Shown: piece after piece, positions 28,980 through 42,530 of the stretch
Numbering within the stretch: the first letter of the stretch is position 1
Layout: the number at the start of each line of letters is the position of its first letter
Origin: Eledone cirrhosa
Taxonomy: Eukaryota
Direction of reading: 5' to 3'
Assembly: GCA_964016885.1 (NCBI GenBank)
Contig: OZ024742.1
Coordinates: 49,414,001 to 49,478,000, forward strand
Length of the DNA: 64,000 nt
Made by a program: the position numbers and the translations under genes
The notes under the pieces: model-generated
Database searches by the model: none
What the model was told of the DNA's origin: nothing
What the model saw: the letters and a program-made list of their open reading frames with translations, nothing else

Positions 28980-29192
28980 TGCTAGTATTAAATGTCTTGA
29001 GATAATATTAATACAAAACCCCAACTCAAACAACCAGACAATATTGCATCGAGTTCATTGGTCACAGACTATTGACTTCTTTTGGCATTGTGCCACCATT
29101 CCATGTCACCGTCTGCTACAGATTACATGGCTATAGCTATCTAGAACTATCAGTGCTGTCAATTTTATCAGTCCAATGTACATTAGTGTATA

Positions 29193-29250
<58 letters not shown>

Positions 29251-30403
29251 TATATTTATATATAACTGCTTGAAGAATTACTTAGCAAACTACTGAACCA
29301 TTTATGTTGATATCATTAGATTGGTCTTGATATGATGACTGCAAATTAATAATTTCATATGAATCGAATTGTATTGTATATTATCTCATTGCCAAAATAT
29401 TGTGAGAATGGCAGTAGAAGGGTGTAACCAGCTGTGAAAACCTCTGTTCTAATTATATAAGCTTTGATGATAGGCCAAATGTTTCCATAGCTATTATCCA
29501 ATGACTGACAAAGTCAATGTCAAACCACACTGAATGGCAGGAGGGTTAATATGTGTGCCAAATAATTTTCGACAGTCCAGTCACCGAGGAAAAATATATA
29601 TATTAACACTTAACGTTTTGTACCACATGAAATCACATTAGTAAGAATATTGAAAAGTACAAGACACCACTATGACTGCATCACATTAAAATCTAAAGGT
29701 TTCATTTTTGTTTACTGCATATTTTCAGAATTATGCATCCACTAGTAAAGATACAACAAAAATTTGAATTATTAAAATCATTTTTATGTATTTCTACTAA
29801 ATAATTACAAAATCTTGGGAATTAATATATTGCTGGTGACAATGATGCAGGAATATATTTTAGTGGTGCTCCTGATAAGGAAGATGATAACAGAAAAAAG
29901 TAAATATGTTGCGTCAAGATTTTGGCACATCATCATGATCATCAACATCATTTTCTTCTTCATTATCATCATCTGGTGAAATCATGTCTTGTTCATATAA
30001 TATTTTTTTGGCTTAGCTTTCTATTGCTTGATGTCTTTCCATAATGGCGACCAAGTTAGAGCATAAACTGGGAGTATTTTTTGTAGCATCAACACTACTG
30101 TCTTGGCACTAGTACAACCACATTACAGAGTGGACTGGGTGTTTTTTGCTGTAGCACCAGCACTGCCACCTTATTGGGTGAACTGGGTATATTTTGTCAC
30201 AAATTAAATTCTCACAAATTCTTTATGTTCAAAATTGTTTGAAAATTATAGGTGTTGTCTTTCCTCAGAAATATACTAATACAAAGTTTAACAATGAAAA
30301 CTAGTGTGGATGATGATTGTGATGATGATAAATATGAGGATTATATTGATGATGATTATAAAAATGATAATGAGGAAAGAAGGGATGGATGATGGCAATG
30401 AAT

Positions 30404-30436
<33 letters not shown>

Positions 30437-32030
30437 GCGGTTATGATGATAAATATAAGGATGATGTTTAGGTGGATAATAGAGGAAATGGTTCCTGACA
30501 AATGTGGAATAATTACTTTTTCAATGTCTATAAACAGAATTTAGACTAGAAATATTTATTATGTGAAGAAGTATCATAAAGTATTGTCACTACCAGCAGA
30601 AGTAATTTATAGAATATATCATATTGTAAGTGTTTGCATAACTTTTGCCAATTTGATGGCTGTGTATTATAATAATAGTTGTACTGTTTGATTTGTTATT
30701 TGATTGGTTCATCTAGTAGATGTCAGGACAAAATGTGGTCGTGTGTAAGATAAAGTTATCCCTAAAATTAGGATTTATCTAAATAATAGCATTCTTGCCT
30801 GCTACTGGTTTTAGACGTAAGCTGAGATAAGGCAAAAATCAATAAGAATTCTATTGAGCAGAAGAGTTATGGCCACACAGAATTTTCTGTGTTCATTCGA
30901 TTTTTAAGCTTGAAATGACTGAAACTTAGTGAACTACTAAATTATTTACATATATTAGTTAAAGTGCATGAAGATCATAGTGATATATATGTTATTTGCA
31001 TACTGTATATGCAAATATTTATGACATTTATATTTACTGAAAAGTATTAATAAACATATATGCATGCATTAATGGCTAGAAAATCTATTTTATTTATCTG
31101 TTTAAACTCAATTTGTTCAATAGATAGACAAATATGGAATAAGTACAAAGTATATCAATGAACAATATATGTTAATGATATGTTAATACATGTGTATTTC
31201 TAGTTTTGAAGTTGCTGATTGAAACAACTTTAAAGCTTTTTTAAGCAATGGCACATAAAACCATCACATTTCTCAAGCATTCACTCATGTGTAACCAAGT
31301 ATAACATTATAAAATCTGGGTATGGGCTATGTATGTTTTTCTGAATATGTGTTTAATTTTTGATTATCTTGCAAACTCTGAAAATCTATTTAACAAAATA
31401 TGTAATTTTGGTTATTTACTTATGCTAATACAAATCTATGTTGGATTTCTGATAAACAGTTCTCTTCATACTCAGCTAAAATTGAATTAAGGCTATTAAG
31501 TTAATTCCTTAGTTTTATTTTATCCATCTCTTCAGCAAACACCATTTGTCTAATGGATAAAAATATATGAAAAAAAGAATCAGTTGTATTCAAGAAGTGC
31601 TGAGAAAATGTTTAATTTTCAAAAGTATGTTAGCTGAAGTAGACTGCTTCAATATAAGTTTGTGATTATGAAAATAACCGAAGAAGAGGAGAGTATCACC
31701 TATCTAGCATACAGCTGGTGTGAGTTTGCATTCCACAGGGGATACTGGCTACGTTTTATGTCAGTGGAAGCTTATATTCCCACCTTGTTTGAATCTTTTC
31801 ATAGTCAAGCAGTTGACTTTCAGCTAACATACATTCAAAACTTATTTATATATTTCTTGAACATTTACTATTCTGAACATATTTCAGCACATTCATTTCT
31901 ATCGAATCACTTTGTATTAACTCTATCATTTACACTCTCTCCCTAAAAAGCACAAATATGCACAGATACATATTCATGCACATAGATATAAGCACAATAT
32001 TTACAGTATTGGCTACAAACCAAACATAAC

Positions 32031-32228
32031 ACAGAGGAGAAGAAGATAGCCAAATACCAGCTGGACCTACTGCTTTCTTTTAGTGCCAGTCCCCATTGAA
32101 ACCGTTGGTGCCCTTGGTCCTTGAATTGCTATTTTCATATGGAAAATTTGAAGGTGTGCACCTCACTTGAGGAAGGGCTCAGAAAGCTGGATTAGGTGAT
32201 GCAGATTGAGTTGCTAGCAGTTCTGGGT
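32031..32228 (+). pseudogene. CRE/RLE-type non-LTR retrotransposon C-terminal remnant
   Basis: TEEKKIAKYQ ... (frameshift) LVPVPIETVGALGP resembles the E..K..KY...F.PVA.ET.G.WGP motif downstream of restriction-like endonuclease domains. Confidence 0.5.
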
Positions 32229-32520
32229 TGTAAAGTCCACTGTTACAATCCCCCTTACATTCATGGGGAACAGCTGAGATACACCATTAAGACAAAGTTG
32301 TAGAGTCCACTACTCCATTCCCTCTTACATTCATGGGTAACAGCAGAGATACACCACATAGACATGTAGAGTCCAACTCTCCATTCTCCCCTTTCATTGG
32401 TTACAGCAGAGACTTTCACCCTAGACTGGGATGTAGTCTAGTGCACTATCCTCTCATACTTTCTTTGGGTGCAGCAGAGATATACTAACTAGACTGGAAT
32501 GTAGAGGCTACCTCTCTACC
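32229..32520 (+). repeat. Tandem repeat, ~66-70-bp unit, about 4.5 copies
   Basis: Recurrent TGTAGAGTCCAC...CAGCAGAGATACAC...AGAC. Confidence 0.8.
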
Positions 32521-35365
32521 CACTTTACTTTGGCCATTTGTATTTATTTCTCTTATTTTATTGCAAAGGTTATATAATCCAATTGAAATTTGCTGACTAA
32601 ATATGTTTAGCATTATATTTCCATATCAGTTTGTAGTATATATTGTAGATGATTTATTTGAGGAATTTCAAATATATCATAATGGGAAACGTTAGTAAAT
32701 TTCTCTTTACCTCATATCGTAAAATATGAGATGGTCACTAAATAATTAAGATGTGAGACTAACAGCAACACAATCAAGCACACACCCACATCCACCCTAC
32801 CCTCTTCATTTCTTTCATCCTCTTCACCAGTCTATCTATATGTTAACCCTTTCATTGCACTTTATTTCAATTAATTAATTCAACGTTTTGTGGTGTTTAT
32901 TAAAATCATTAATTATTTCATTACTGCAATAGTAATGTAACATAAGATTCTTATATAAAATTATGTTGGAAAATTTTAATTTAAATAAAAGTAATTTAAA
33001 ATTGGTTGTTTTGTTTCATAGAAGCAGGGCTGGCTTTGCTCACAGTGGTAAAAGAAGTGTTAAACTCTCCTTCCTTGAAATTGTATTTCATCCTTATTTG
33101 TTTTCTATTCATATATCTTAGTCATTTATTTAACTTAAACTTTTGTAAAAGAGACATTAATTGATCTGACATCACACAACCTTTTGCTCTTGGAACTTTA
33201 ACTAGACAAGCTATAAATTCTGTAATCCTCACATGTTTATATCATTATTTACTTCTCTCTATCCTACAGTCTCTTAGTTATTTTTCTAACTAATACATAC
33301 TTCTCCCAGTTTTCTAACAAATATATCCATTTCAAACAGGGAGAATCTGATGAAGTTAATACTTGTCACCTTATCTAAGTTATGCTTAAAACCTCAAATA
33401 TTTAGGATGAAGAAAAAATGAGTATTAGTGACATAAGTAAAATAGCCAAAACTGTACGAGGAGTTGGCTTCTTGGAAGCATAATTGGCCTTCTATGACAC
33501 TCTCGTGTTACTGGTTTCAGCTTTTTTATTTTTCAAAACTTATGATTTTTTTATCTTATATAACACATTTAATACCAAACTGCCTGAAGCTATCCCTGAT
33601 CCTATGATATAAAGAGTTTTGAAATTGAAATGCAGTCATTTCAATGTAAAGGACTATAACAGTACTCAATCACCCCACAAAAAGAGGTAACAGCAAGGAA
33701 CCAAACCTTGCTGTATTCCTCAGATGCTGGTTACATGTATTAATCATTATGCAAAAGAGTCTCTGGCTACCAATAGTTGCTTTTTTAGAATATTTTAAGC
33801 TTGTTGCTAGAAGTGTCAACGTCTGGTTGACTTAAGAAACATAGGGGAAATTTGAAGTCTGAAATGAAATCGACCTCATGTATATGACTTGAGAAAATTG
33901 CAATAAAATACCCTTTTGGATGGAAAAAGCAGATGGTGAGAGAGGGGAACTGAAGGAAATTGATCCATGGATCTTTCAGATGCAAGGAATGTATATACAT
34001 AACAATATCAAAAAGCAAAGATAAAACGATGATGATGATCATAATGATGATTTCAGTCATTGGAATGTGGCTTTGCTGGAGACCCACATTCTAGAATATA
34101 GTCAATTACACTGAGCCCAGCAATTATTTATCAACTGATATTTATTTTATCAACATCCGGAGCATTTAAAATTCTTTTGTAGAGATAACTTTCATATTAT
34201 ACTAACTAATTTCCCGTCTAACCCATGCTAGCATGGAAAATGGACGTTAAACGAAGATGATGATGATGATGATGATGAATGTGCCTGCTGAAGTTTTTCC
34301 AAATCTATTTCTAATATCAATATAAGATTTTTATTCACATTCATACAAACACTCATTCACATACATTACTGTATGCACATGTGTTTGTGTCTAGTGTTGA
34401 TATCATTTTGTCAGTACAACTAGTGCAAATGTGAATTCAGATACTTACACACGCATATATATATATATATATACACACACACATACACATATATTCACAT
34501 TTACTTCGTAATTCGATACATTACATAAACAGAGGAAAATCAGACTTTCTTGCTTATATCTAAGTGCAATTTAATGAGAGAATCTGCAAAACTTTCTGCT
34601 ATTTAGTATCAATTTATCAAATCCCATTGACATGTTTATCAACACACATGTGCCTTTTCTTAATTATATAACATTTATTTTCGGTTTTTATCATCCGCAA
34701 CACTGATTCTGAGATTTGACAAAACTTTCTTTGCCAAATAGTCAGTGGAGAGTGTTTGGGTACTGAATAAGAAGTAATATATTTATTTGCACCATTCAAA
34801 GTCTTCAACTTAATTCCAGCTTGTCACAAATATAATGTTCAAAGCAATTTCAATGGCATTCTTCATTTTAAGAAAATTCATTAAAACGTCAGTGCTGTTC
34901 AAAAAGAAACAAAAAACAAAAATAAATAGACAGTTAAAAAAAAGAAGGAAAAAAAAAACAAGAAGAAAGATAAGATAAAAGAAACATAAAACAAAAACAA
35001 GAAAATACAAGTGAGTCAAAAATAGCCAGCATCTTAGTATACAAACTTAACATTACTGTCGCTGAAAAAGAATTAAGAAATAAATATAGATAAATAGATA
35101 AATTGAGTATTGGTATTTTAATTTCAGAAAACTCATTTGGATTGGAATAGAAATTTTATTATTGGTGTTCTCATAAAAATGCATTTAAGGATGTGTCGGG
35201 TTTAGTTGATATCATCTAATTTTCTTTCTTTTAAATATACTTCAGATTTAATGTGTTTGAGATGCCATCACTGCAAATCCAAATTAAAATTGTGTGTGCA
35301 CATGTCTGTCTCTGTCTGTCTTTATGAATAAAAGGTGGTAGTGAGAATGATTAAAAGGAGACTGT

Positions 35366-35442
<77 letters not shown>

Positions 35443-35477
35443 CTAGCACCTCACTGTCCCTATATATATATATATCA

Positions 35478-36150
35478 GCATCATCATCATCATCATTTAA
35501 TATCCATTTTCCACACTAGCATGGATTAGACGGGTTGTCCCATTAGAGGCAAATTGGGTCAGGTGACTGCATCTTGCTCATATAGAACTGTTTCTACGGC
35601 TGGATGCCCTTCCTAACTCCAACCAGATTTACAGTGTGGGCTGGATGCCTTTTGTTGTGATACCAACATATCTTTACAGTGTGAGGGCAGTGTGGACAGA
35701 AGTATAGTGGTTAAGTGATTAAGAGGTGCCTACAAGATGTATGTTTGAGTTCATGGCAAAGCATGTCTTCTGTATTACTGCATAATGCCAAATATCTCTA
35801 TTTCGTGTCATTCTCTTTGAGAGGTGCAATTGCACAAGGTCAGCTTCTATCACCTTTACCCAGGTCTTCCTGGGTTTTCCTACTCCATAGCTTCCATAAA
35901 TTATGATGCCCGCACCTTTTTATACAGCTGTCATCTTTCATACACATCACATGGCCATACCAATGCAATCTCCTCTCTAGCATACTGTATGTGATCCCTC
36001 TTATGCCTAATTTCTCTCTCAGTTAATCTACACTTTGCTGTTTGTGTATATTACTATTACAAATCCATCGGAGCATGCATGCTTCATTTCTTTCCAATCT
36101 TTGCAGGTCCTCTGCACACAGTGCCCAGGTCTCACTACTGTGCAACATAT
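35478..36150 (-). pseudogene. Old RTE LINE 3' portion
   Basis: Minus strand gives HSSETWALCAEDL, RRLHWYGHV and RKTWVKV, followed by the UTR tail and (GAT)n. A further tail fragment lies at about 36172-36328. Confidence 0.75.
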
Positions 36151-37627
36151 ACCATGCAATATATATATATAACATCATCATCATCCCCATTTAACATCAA
36201 CTTTTCCATGCTAGCCTGGTTTAGACGAGTTGTCCTGTTGTAAGAAATGCCATGTCAGGTAACCTTGTCTTGCTCATACAGAACTGATTTGGGCTTTGTT
36301 TCTACAGCAAGATGCCCTTCCTAATGCACTTTAAAACTTGTGAAGCCCATCTCTTTTCAGGTTAGAAAACAAATGATTTTATTTTTTCATGTAAGGAAAG
36401 TAAGAGAGCGAGAAAGTAGGAGTGTGTGTGTGCGAGAGAGTGAAAGAGAGTATTACTGAGTGCTTAGAACAAAAGTTGTTAACAACTCCCACATTCCAGA
36501 CACTTTGTTATTGTTGATGCTGTTTTACTCCAGGTCAGCATTAATGAAGCAGAACTATGATCAAAATCATTTCAACTATTACCATATGTGCAGGAAACAG
36601 AACATATTAATGAGACATGTTAGGGTGATTTATGGTTGTTTTGTTGTTATTTCTAGCATAACAAAGGACCATGAATAAATCTCTCCTTGGCTTGATCCAA
36701 ACAGAGTTTGGGCGATAGTGATGTAACTTATTTAAACTAAATCTATAAATCAGTTAGCTTAACTCTCAAATTGAAAAATAAAATAAAACAAAGCTTATGA
36801 TTGAAATGGTGCCAAAGCAGCAAGCATATTCTAACCGGAAAGAAGCCAATAGATGTACAAGAGTGAATTATATGAAGATAAAATCAAACACACTACTTAA
36901 GACACATATAACACTAACAATAGCATAAACTTAATGAACACACAGCTGAAAGAAAAACTGATTGAAACACAAGAAATCATCATCATCTTTGTCTGTTTTT
37001 CTTGTTAACAAGGGTTATTTGGATTGTCATAGATGAAATCAGTATTCAAGCAGGGCTACTCACCTCACTAATAGGCTATGGATCTGCATCATTCTTACAT
37101 ACGTTTCCACACTCTAAGTATAATTTATCATGGCCCCAGCACTAAGGATGTTGTGATGTTTTTGACACATTTGAAGAGACATCCCATCCCTTTGTCTGGC
37201 AGGCCTTCTATGGCTGGCTGGATGCCATTCTTATAATCAAGTACTTTACAGAGTTTACTCGATGTGTTTATCATGTAGGCCACTAACACCAGAGCGATTG
37301 TCATGTCTTTGACAAAACTAAAGAATCCTTTCATAGTTTTGTATCAATAGTTCCCAAAACAAACAAATAGGTACATTTCAAAATTTCATTCATGTATATC
37401 TATGTTCCATGCTTGCATTTGTATTAATTGAGGAAAAGTTTGGATGGATTTACAAAAATTAATAATTATTTCAATATTAATATATTTTAAACACACTTTA
37501 ATAAAAAGCATGTTGGAAGATGTTAATACAAATGATTTAAAATAAGGGGATTTGTTACATAGAACCAGGGGTAGTTTTGGGCAGATTGGTACCAAAAGAG
37601 TTAAGAATACTGATATTGTTATCATCA

Positions 37628-37831
37628 TTAACACTTGATACCAGCCTGCACCAAACCACCTCTGTCTATGAAACTAAACCACCCATTTTAAAGTGTTCGT
37701 ACACATTCCAAAATAATTTTATCTGAGAACATTTTTGTATGGTTCAAATGCTGTATTAATAAAGCATTCATTTTAGTAAATCCCACCAAATTCCTCATTA
37801 ATTAAATAAAATACAAGTAATGAAGGGTTAA
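37628..37831. mobile_element. TTAA-bounded MITE-like element
   Basis: TTAACACTTGATACC ... AATGAAGGGTTAA, same family as 757-991. Confidence 0.45.
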
Positions 37832-37914
37832 AGATATCTGCTGGAATCTTAATATTTGACATTGCTGATTCATACTTTGGCAGTAATTGTATTATCACTT
37901 CTGTTACACTTTTG

Positions 37915-38490
37915 TACAAACATTGGTAATAATTGTTTCTACTTTTGGCACAAGGCCAGCAATTACCCAGTACATTACTGGTACTTTATTTTATCGACCC
38001 CATAAGGATGAAAGGCAAAGTTAACCTCGACAAGATTTGAATTCAGACCGTAAAGAGACGTAACTATGCTAGAAAGCATGGCATCCAACCCTCTACCGAT
38101 ACTGCCAATTCACCGCCCTACAAACATTGGTAATAATTGTTTCCATTTTAGGCACAAGGCCAGCAATTACCCAATACATTACTGGTACTTTATTTTATTG
38201 ACCCCGTAAGGATGAGAGGCAAAGTTAACCTCGGCCGGTTTGAACTCAGATCGTAAAGGGATGTAACTATGATAGAAAGCATGTCCGAATAATGATTTCT
38301 TATTTCATAACAAGGCCAACAATTTGAGGGGAGAATAAGGTTGATTAAATCAACCCAGTATTTCACTGATACCTTCTTTAATCAGCCCCAGAATGATGAA
38401 ATGCTCAGGTGACCTTAGTGGTATTTGATCTCATAATGTAAAGAGCTGGAACAAATACCACTAAGCATTTATCCAATGCTCTTAGTGTGC
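37915..38490 (-). mobile_element. Cluster of SINE family C copies including a ~204-bp tandem duplication
   Basis: TACAAACATTGGTAATAATTGTTTC...GGCACAAGGCCAGCAATTACCC...GGATGA.AGGCAAAGTTAACCTCG is repeated at 37915 and 38119. A third, older copy starts at about 38290. Confidence 0.75.
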
Positions 38491-39551
38491 CAACGTCCAA
38501 CAACCTTAATACTGGTAATAATGAGTTTGATGAAATTTTAATTTTGTTACAAGGTAACAACATTTTTGAGGATTGGATGATTTAGTGAAATTAATTCAGG
38601 GAGTGTGTCCTGGCAGAAGCAACCACTCATTTCCAACTGATCCAGCTGGATCCCCAAATGAGACCAGCTGATCTCATGGATGTTATCCAACCATCTTACT
38701 CAAGGTCTACCGCTGGGTTTCTTGCTGGTTGGTTTTGCCCATAAAATGTGTCACTGTAATTATCAGGATGCTGCTAATTTTTTTGTTACATTTGGCAGAA
38801 GGCCTGCAGTTTGAAGGGAAGAGGAAGGTCGATTAAATCAACCCTGTAAAAATGAAAGGAAAAGCTATTTTCAGCAGGATTAAACACACAACACAGAGTC
38901 ATGATTATACGTTGCAAAGCTGATACTCTTAAACCAGCATCGAAATAAAAACAATAATAATTCATAGCATAAACATTTTGAGGGATAGATATAGTTAATT
39001 CAATACATCCCAGAACTTAACTAGGAGTTATTTTATCAACTTCAGATAAGTGAACTTGTGTTTTATTTTATCAGATAACCAGATATATGAAAGGAAAACT
39101 CATTTTAACACAGAACATAAAATGTTATGACTAAATACTTAGACATACCACATTTTACAATTCAACCATCTTTAATCATGATGATGATGATGACTATAGC
39201 AATAATAATAATAATGATAATAATAATAATAATAATAAAAAGAAATGAATAAAACAAAATTATAATAAAATCAATAGTATATAAGAAATGTAGGCATCGT
39301 TTTAAGTTGATGCATATGAAATGAAATCAGAAATGTTTGCTTATAAATAAATGTTTGATGCATTACAAGCATTTTGATAAAAAGCATCAGCGGGTTCCCC
39401 CAAAATAGAAATTTAATATTTTGTCTTATTTTTCAACAGAATAATTTAGTATTTTTAGAAAAGGAAAGCACTATAGGATATTTGACATTTTTAGTTTAGT
39501 GTTCGTTTGTTTGGTTTTCACATATGTCATTTATTAAATGTTTTGCTCAAT

Positions 39552-39680
<129 letters not shown>

Positions 39681-39910
39681 ATATATATATATATATATGT
39701 GTGTGTATGCATATATATGTATATGTATATATGTATATATATTTTTACTTTATCTCTTCTTTCAGATTTGTTTATATATTCATATGATTATGTAAATTTA
39801 GATACACTTGAATCGACACTCACATGAGGTCATACATAATGTATGTCTATTTAAACATACTTGAATGTATTTATATTCATTTAATGTGGGTATATATCTA
39901 TATGTGTATG

Positions 39911-39943
<33 letters not shown>

Positions 39944-40365
39944 ATATATGTGAACGCAAATATATGTTTATGAATGTATATATATAATAAGCATCAATAG
40001 TGAGATGCATATTAACATATTAAGAATTGTATGTGTGTATACATTTTAGATGTGAAGGCATGAATTTATGTAAATGCATACACATGTTTACGAGTTTCCA
40101 GAGATAAAAAGCATGAATGCCATAATTCGTTCTTTTTCTAAAAAATTGGCATCATACATAAATGTGAACAGGTACATACACACATACATACATGAACATA
40201 AATATGTCTATCTCTCTGTGGTACTCCAGCATATACGAGTTGATAAAATAAAATTTCCACCAGGTACTGGGGTCAATTAAATTGACTTTACTTTTCCCAG
40301 AAATTCACTGGTATTGCACAAAAGATTAGAACCCATTATTTTTAGAAAAAGAAAAGCACTATAAG

Positions 40366-40580
40366 ATTGGCATTATTGGTAGAGCGTCAGACACCATGCT
40401 TCGTAGCATAGAGTTATGGCCCTTAACGTTATGGGTTCAAATCCTGAAAGGTTAGCTTTGCCCTTCATTCTTATGGGGGTCAATAAAATAAAGCACCAGT
40501 AATGCAATGGGGTCGATTTAATCGACTTTCCTCTCCCTGCCCAAATTTCTGGTCTTGTGCCTAAATCAGAAACCATTATT
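40366..40580 (+). mobile_element. SINE family C (tRNA-like head, Nin/Deu-like central domain)
   Basis: B-box GGGTTCAAATCC, central CTTTGCCCTTCATTCTTATGGGGGTCAATAAAATAAAGCACCAG, and 3' GGTCTTGTGCCTAAATCAGAAACC(ATT)n. Confidence 0.7.
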
Positions 40581-41456
40581 TTTGCTATGATGTCTATAAT
40601 AATAATCATTTACTTTTTACACTGGCACAAAATTACATATTCATCGTTAAGTTACCAAGTAGTGTTTTAAGGCCATTTTCTTGCTAAAGCAGGGATTTTC
40701 CTTGCTAACGCCATGCCACACATCATATTATTTATTGGGTCATTTTGAGGCAATGTCTTGCTGGTAGATATATTTCCTGGTGCCAACCATTTTAGTCACC
40801 ACATGATACACAGGAATTTTGTACACATTATAAACTAGCTAAATAGCATGAGCTGCAAATACGAGATGAGCTCATTTTATTACATGTTTAGAAGAACTGA
40901 ACAATGAATTAATCAATATATCTGACTGGCTTAATTCAAACAAGCTAGCATAAAATAAAAACAAAACAACAAAAACAACAAACAACAAACAAATATTTGC
41001 TGCCTACCATTGCATACTTGCCTCAAGAATTGGTACTATTGATACTACTGCTTACATAATGGTTATAAGTAATACGTAACTAGTATATTTAATACTATTT
41101 CAGTTTTTATACTTCTCACTCTTTTCTAGGTGTACAAATACACAAAATTAAAGTCTACTGAATATATCCCTCTAACCAACCTAAAAATAACAATGTTATT
41201 ATTACTATTAAAAAGAGAGGTGGATAAAATTAATTCTGTTAATGTACAAATATATTTCTATTGCTGCTTAATGTAGTCATATATAGATATATGGTAATCT
41301 TGCTTGGAGAAAATTGGTACTGAAAAACTACATAGAATGTTTATAAGAATAACAGGAATAGATTAATATCACCAGCAACTTTAACATCATGATTATAATC
41401 ATCATTATCTTCCATCAGTGTTTCATACTCATATGGATTTTTGCTACCTGTTACAG

Positions 41457-41648
41457 CAGACCTGCCAACCTCTAAAAACCCAAACATAGGTTATGTACTA
41501 TCTACCATGAAAAAAGTGCCCCAAAACGCGGAGAAATGAGGAAATTTCACATAATGAAAGTTATATCCATTTTCTCAAGAGAAGACATCTCACACCCCCA
41601 AAGTGGGTGGGAGATCTCCCTGTCGGACAGGGAGAGATGAAAAGTCGA
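41457..41648. mobile_element. Possible hAT-like MITE
   Basis: Begins CAGACCTGCCAAC and is flanked by the 8-bp direct repeat TGTTACAG. The right TIR is degenerate. Confidence 0.4.
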
Positions 41649-41824
41649 TGTTACAGTCCTTCATCATTTGACACACAGAGCACTGGAAAAAACTGTCTTT
41701 AACTTTTTTATAAGGGAATTAAAGCAAGGTCTGGGTACATTTTATGGTGTCACCAACACTAGAGTCTTTTCTACTCTGTACAAACTGGATATATTTTATT
41801 GTGCCAGACTGCAGAAGACACATG

Positions 41825-42205
41825 TAGACTGGAGAGAAATGAAGCAGCCATATTCCATTGGATGTGAAATGTAAATGTGAAAGAAAGGCAGAACTTGGAT
41901 GAACTAAGGGTGTCTAAGAGCAATCCGAGATGGTGTGCAGGAGAGAAGACTGCATTGGTACAGACATGTGAGCCATATGCTTGATGATCAATGGGTGAAG
42001 AAGTGCCAGAAAATGCCAGTAGAAGTAAGCCACAGTAGAGGTAGTCTAAGAAAGACCTGTGCAGAGGTGGTGAGAGTTGACCTCAAATTGCTAAGACTCA
42101 CATAGGAGATGACAAAGGAACCTGGCGAGTGGAGAGATGTTGTGCTGAGAAGGACCAGCCCAACCCTTGCAAATATGCAAAAATAGATGTAAAAATGATA
42201 ATGAT
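41825..42205 (+). pseudogene. Old RTE LINE C-terminal remnant
   Basis: Degenerate RLERNEA...HWM and VQERRLHWYRHV, RGSLRKT, followed by a tail-like sequence. Confidence 0.7.
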
Positions 42206-42209
42206 TAAG

Positions 42210-42530
42210 ATGGCCATCATTAGATACTATTCTAAACTGCATGGACAATGTATATTTTAATGTGCCACCATTGCTAGAGATTCTTCTACTCTGTATGGAA
42301 TGATTACATTTTATTTTTCCACCATCAGTAGAGAGTTTTCCACCCAATATATGCTGGGTACATTTAATCATGCCACCCTCACCAGAGCATTTCTTTTACT
42401 CTGAATGAACTGGGTACATTTAATCGTGCCACCATCACTAGAGAGTCTTCTACTCTGTATGGACTGGGTACATTTTATTGTGCCACCATCACTAGAGTGT
42501 TTTCTACTCTATATGGACTGGATCTATTTT
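42210..42530. repeat. Tandem ~58-bp array, 5-6 copies, related to the RTE/SINE tail unit
   Basis: Recurrent GTGCCACCATCACTAGAG..TTCTACTCTGTATGGACTGGGTACATTTTA. Confidence 0.75.

Noticed and set aside
31536-31624. Exon-like segment with a good acceptor and GTATGT donor
   Set aside because: It has stop codons in all three frames and no support as a coding exon.
32229-32520. Possible CRISPR-like array (also 42210-42530 and 28107-28170)
   Set aside because: The units are diverged along their whole length with no unique spacers. The context is eukaryotic and there are no cas genes.
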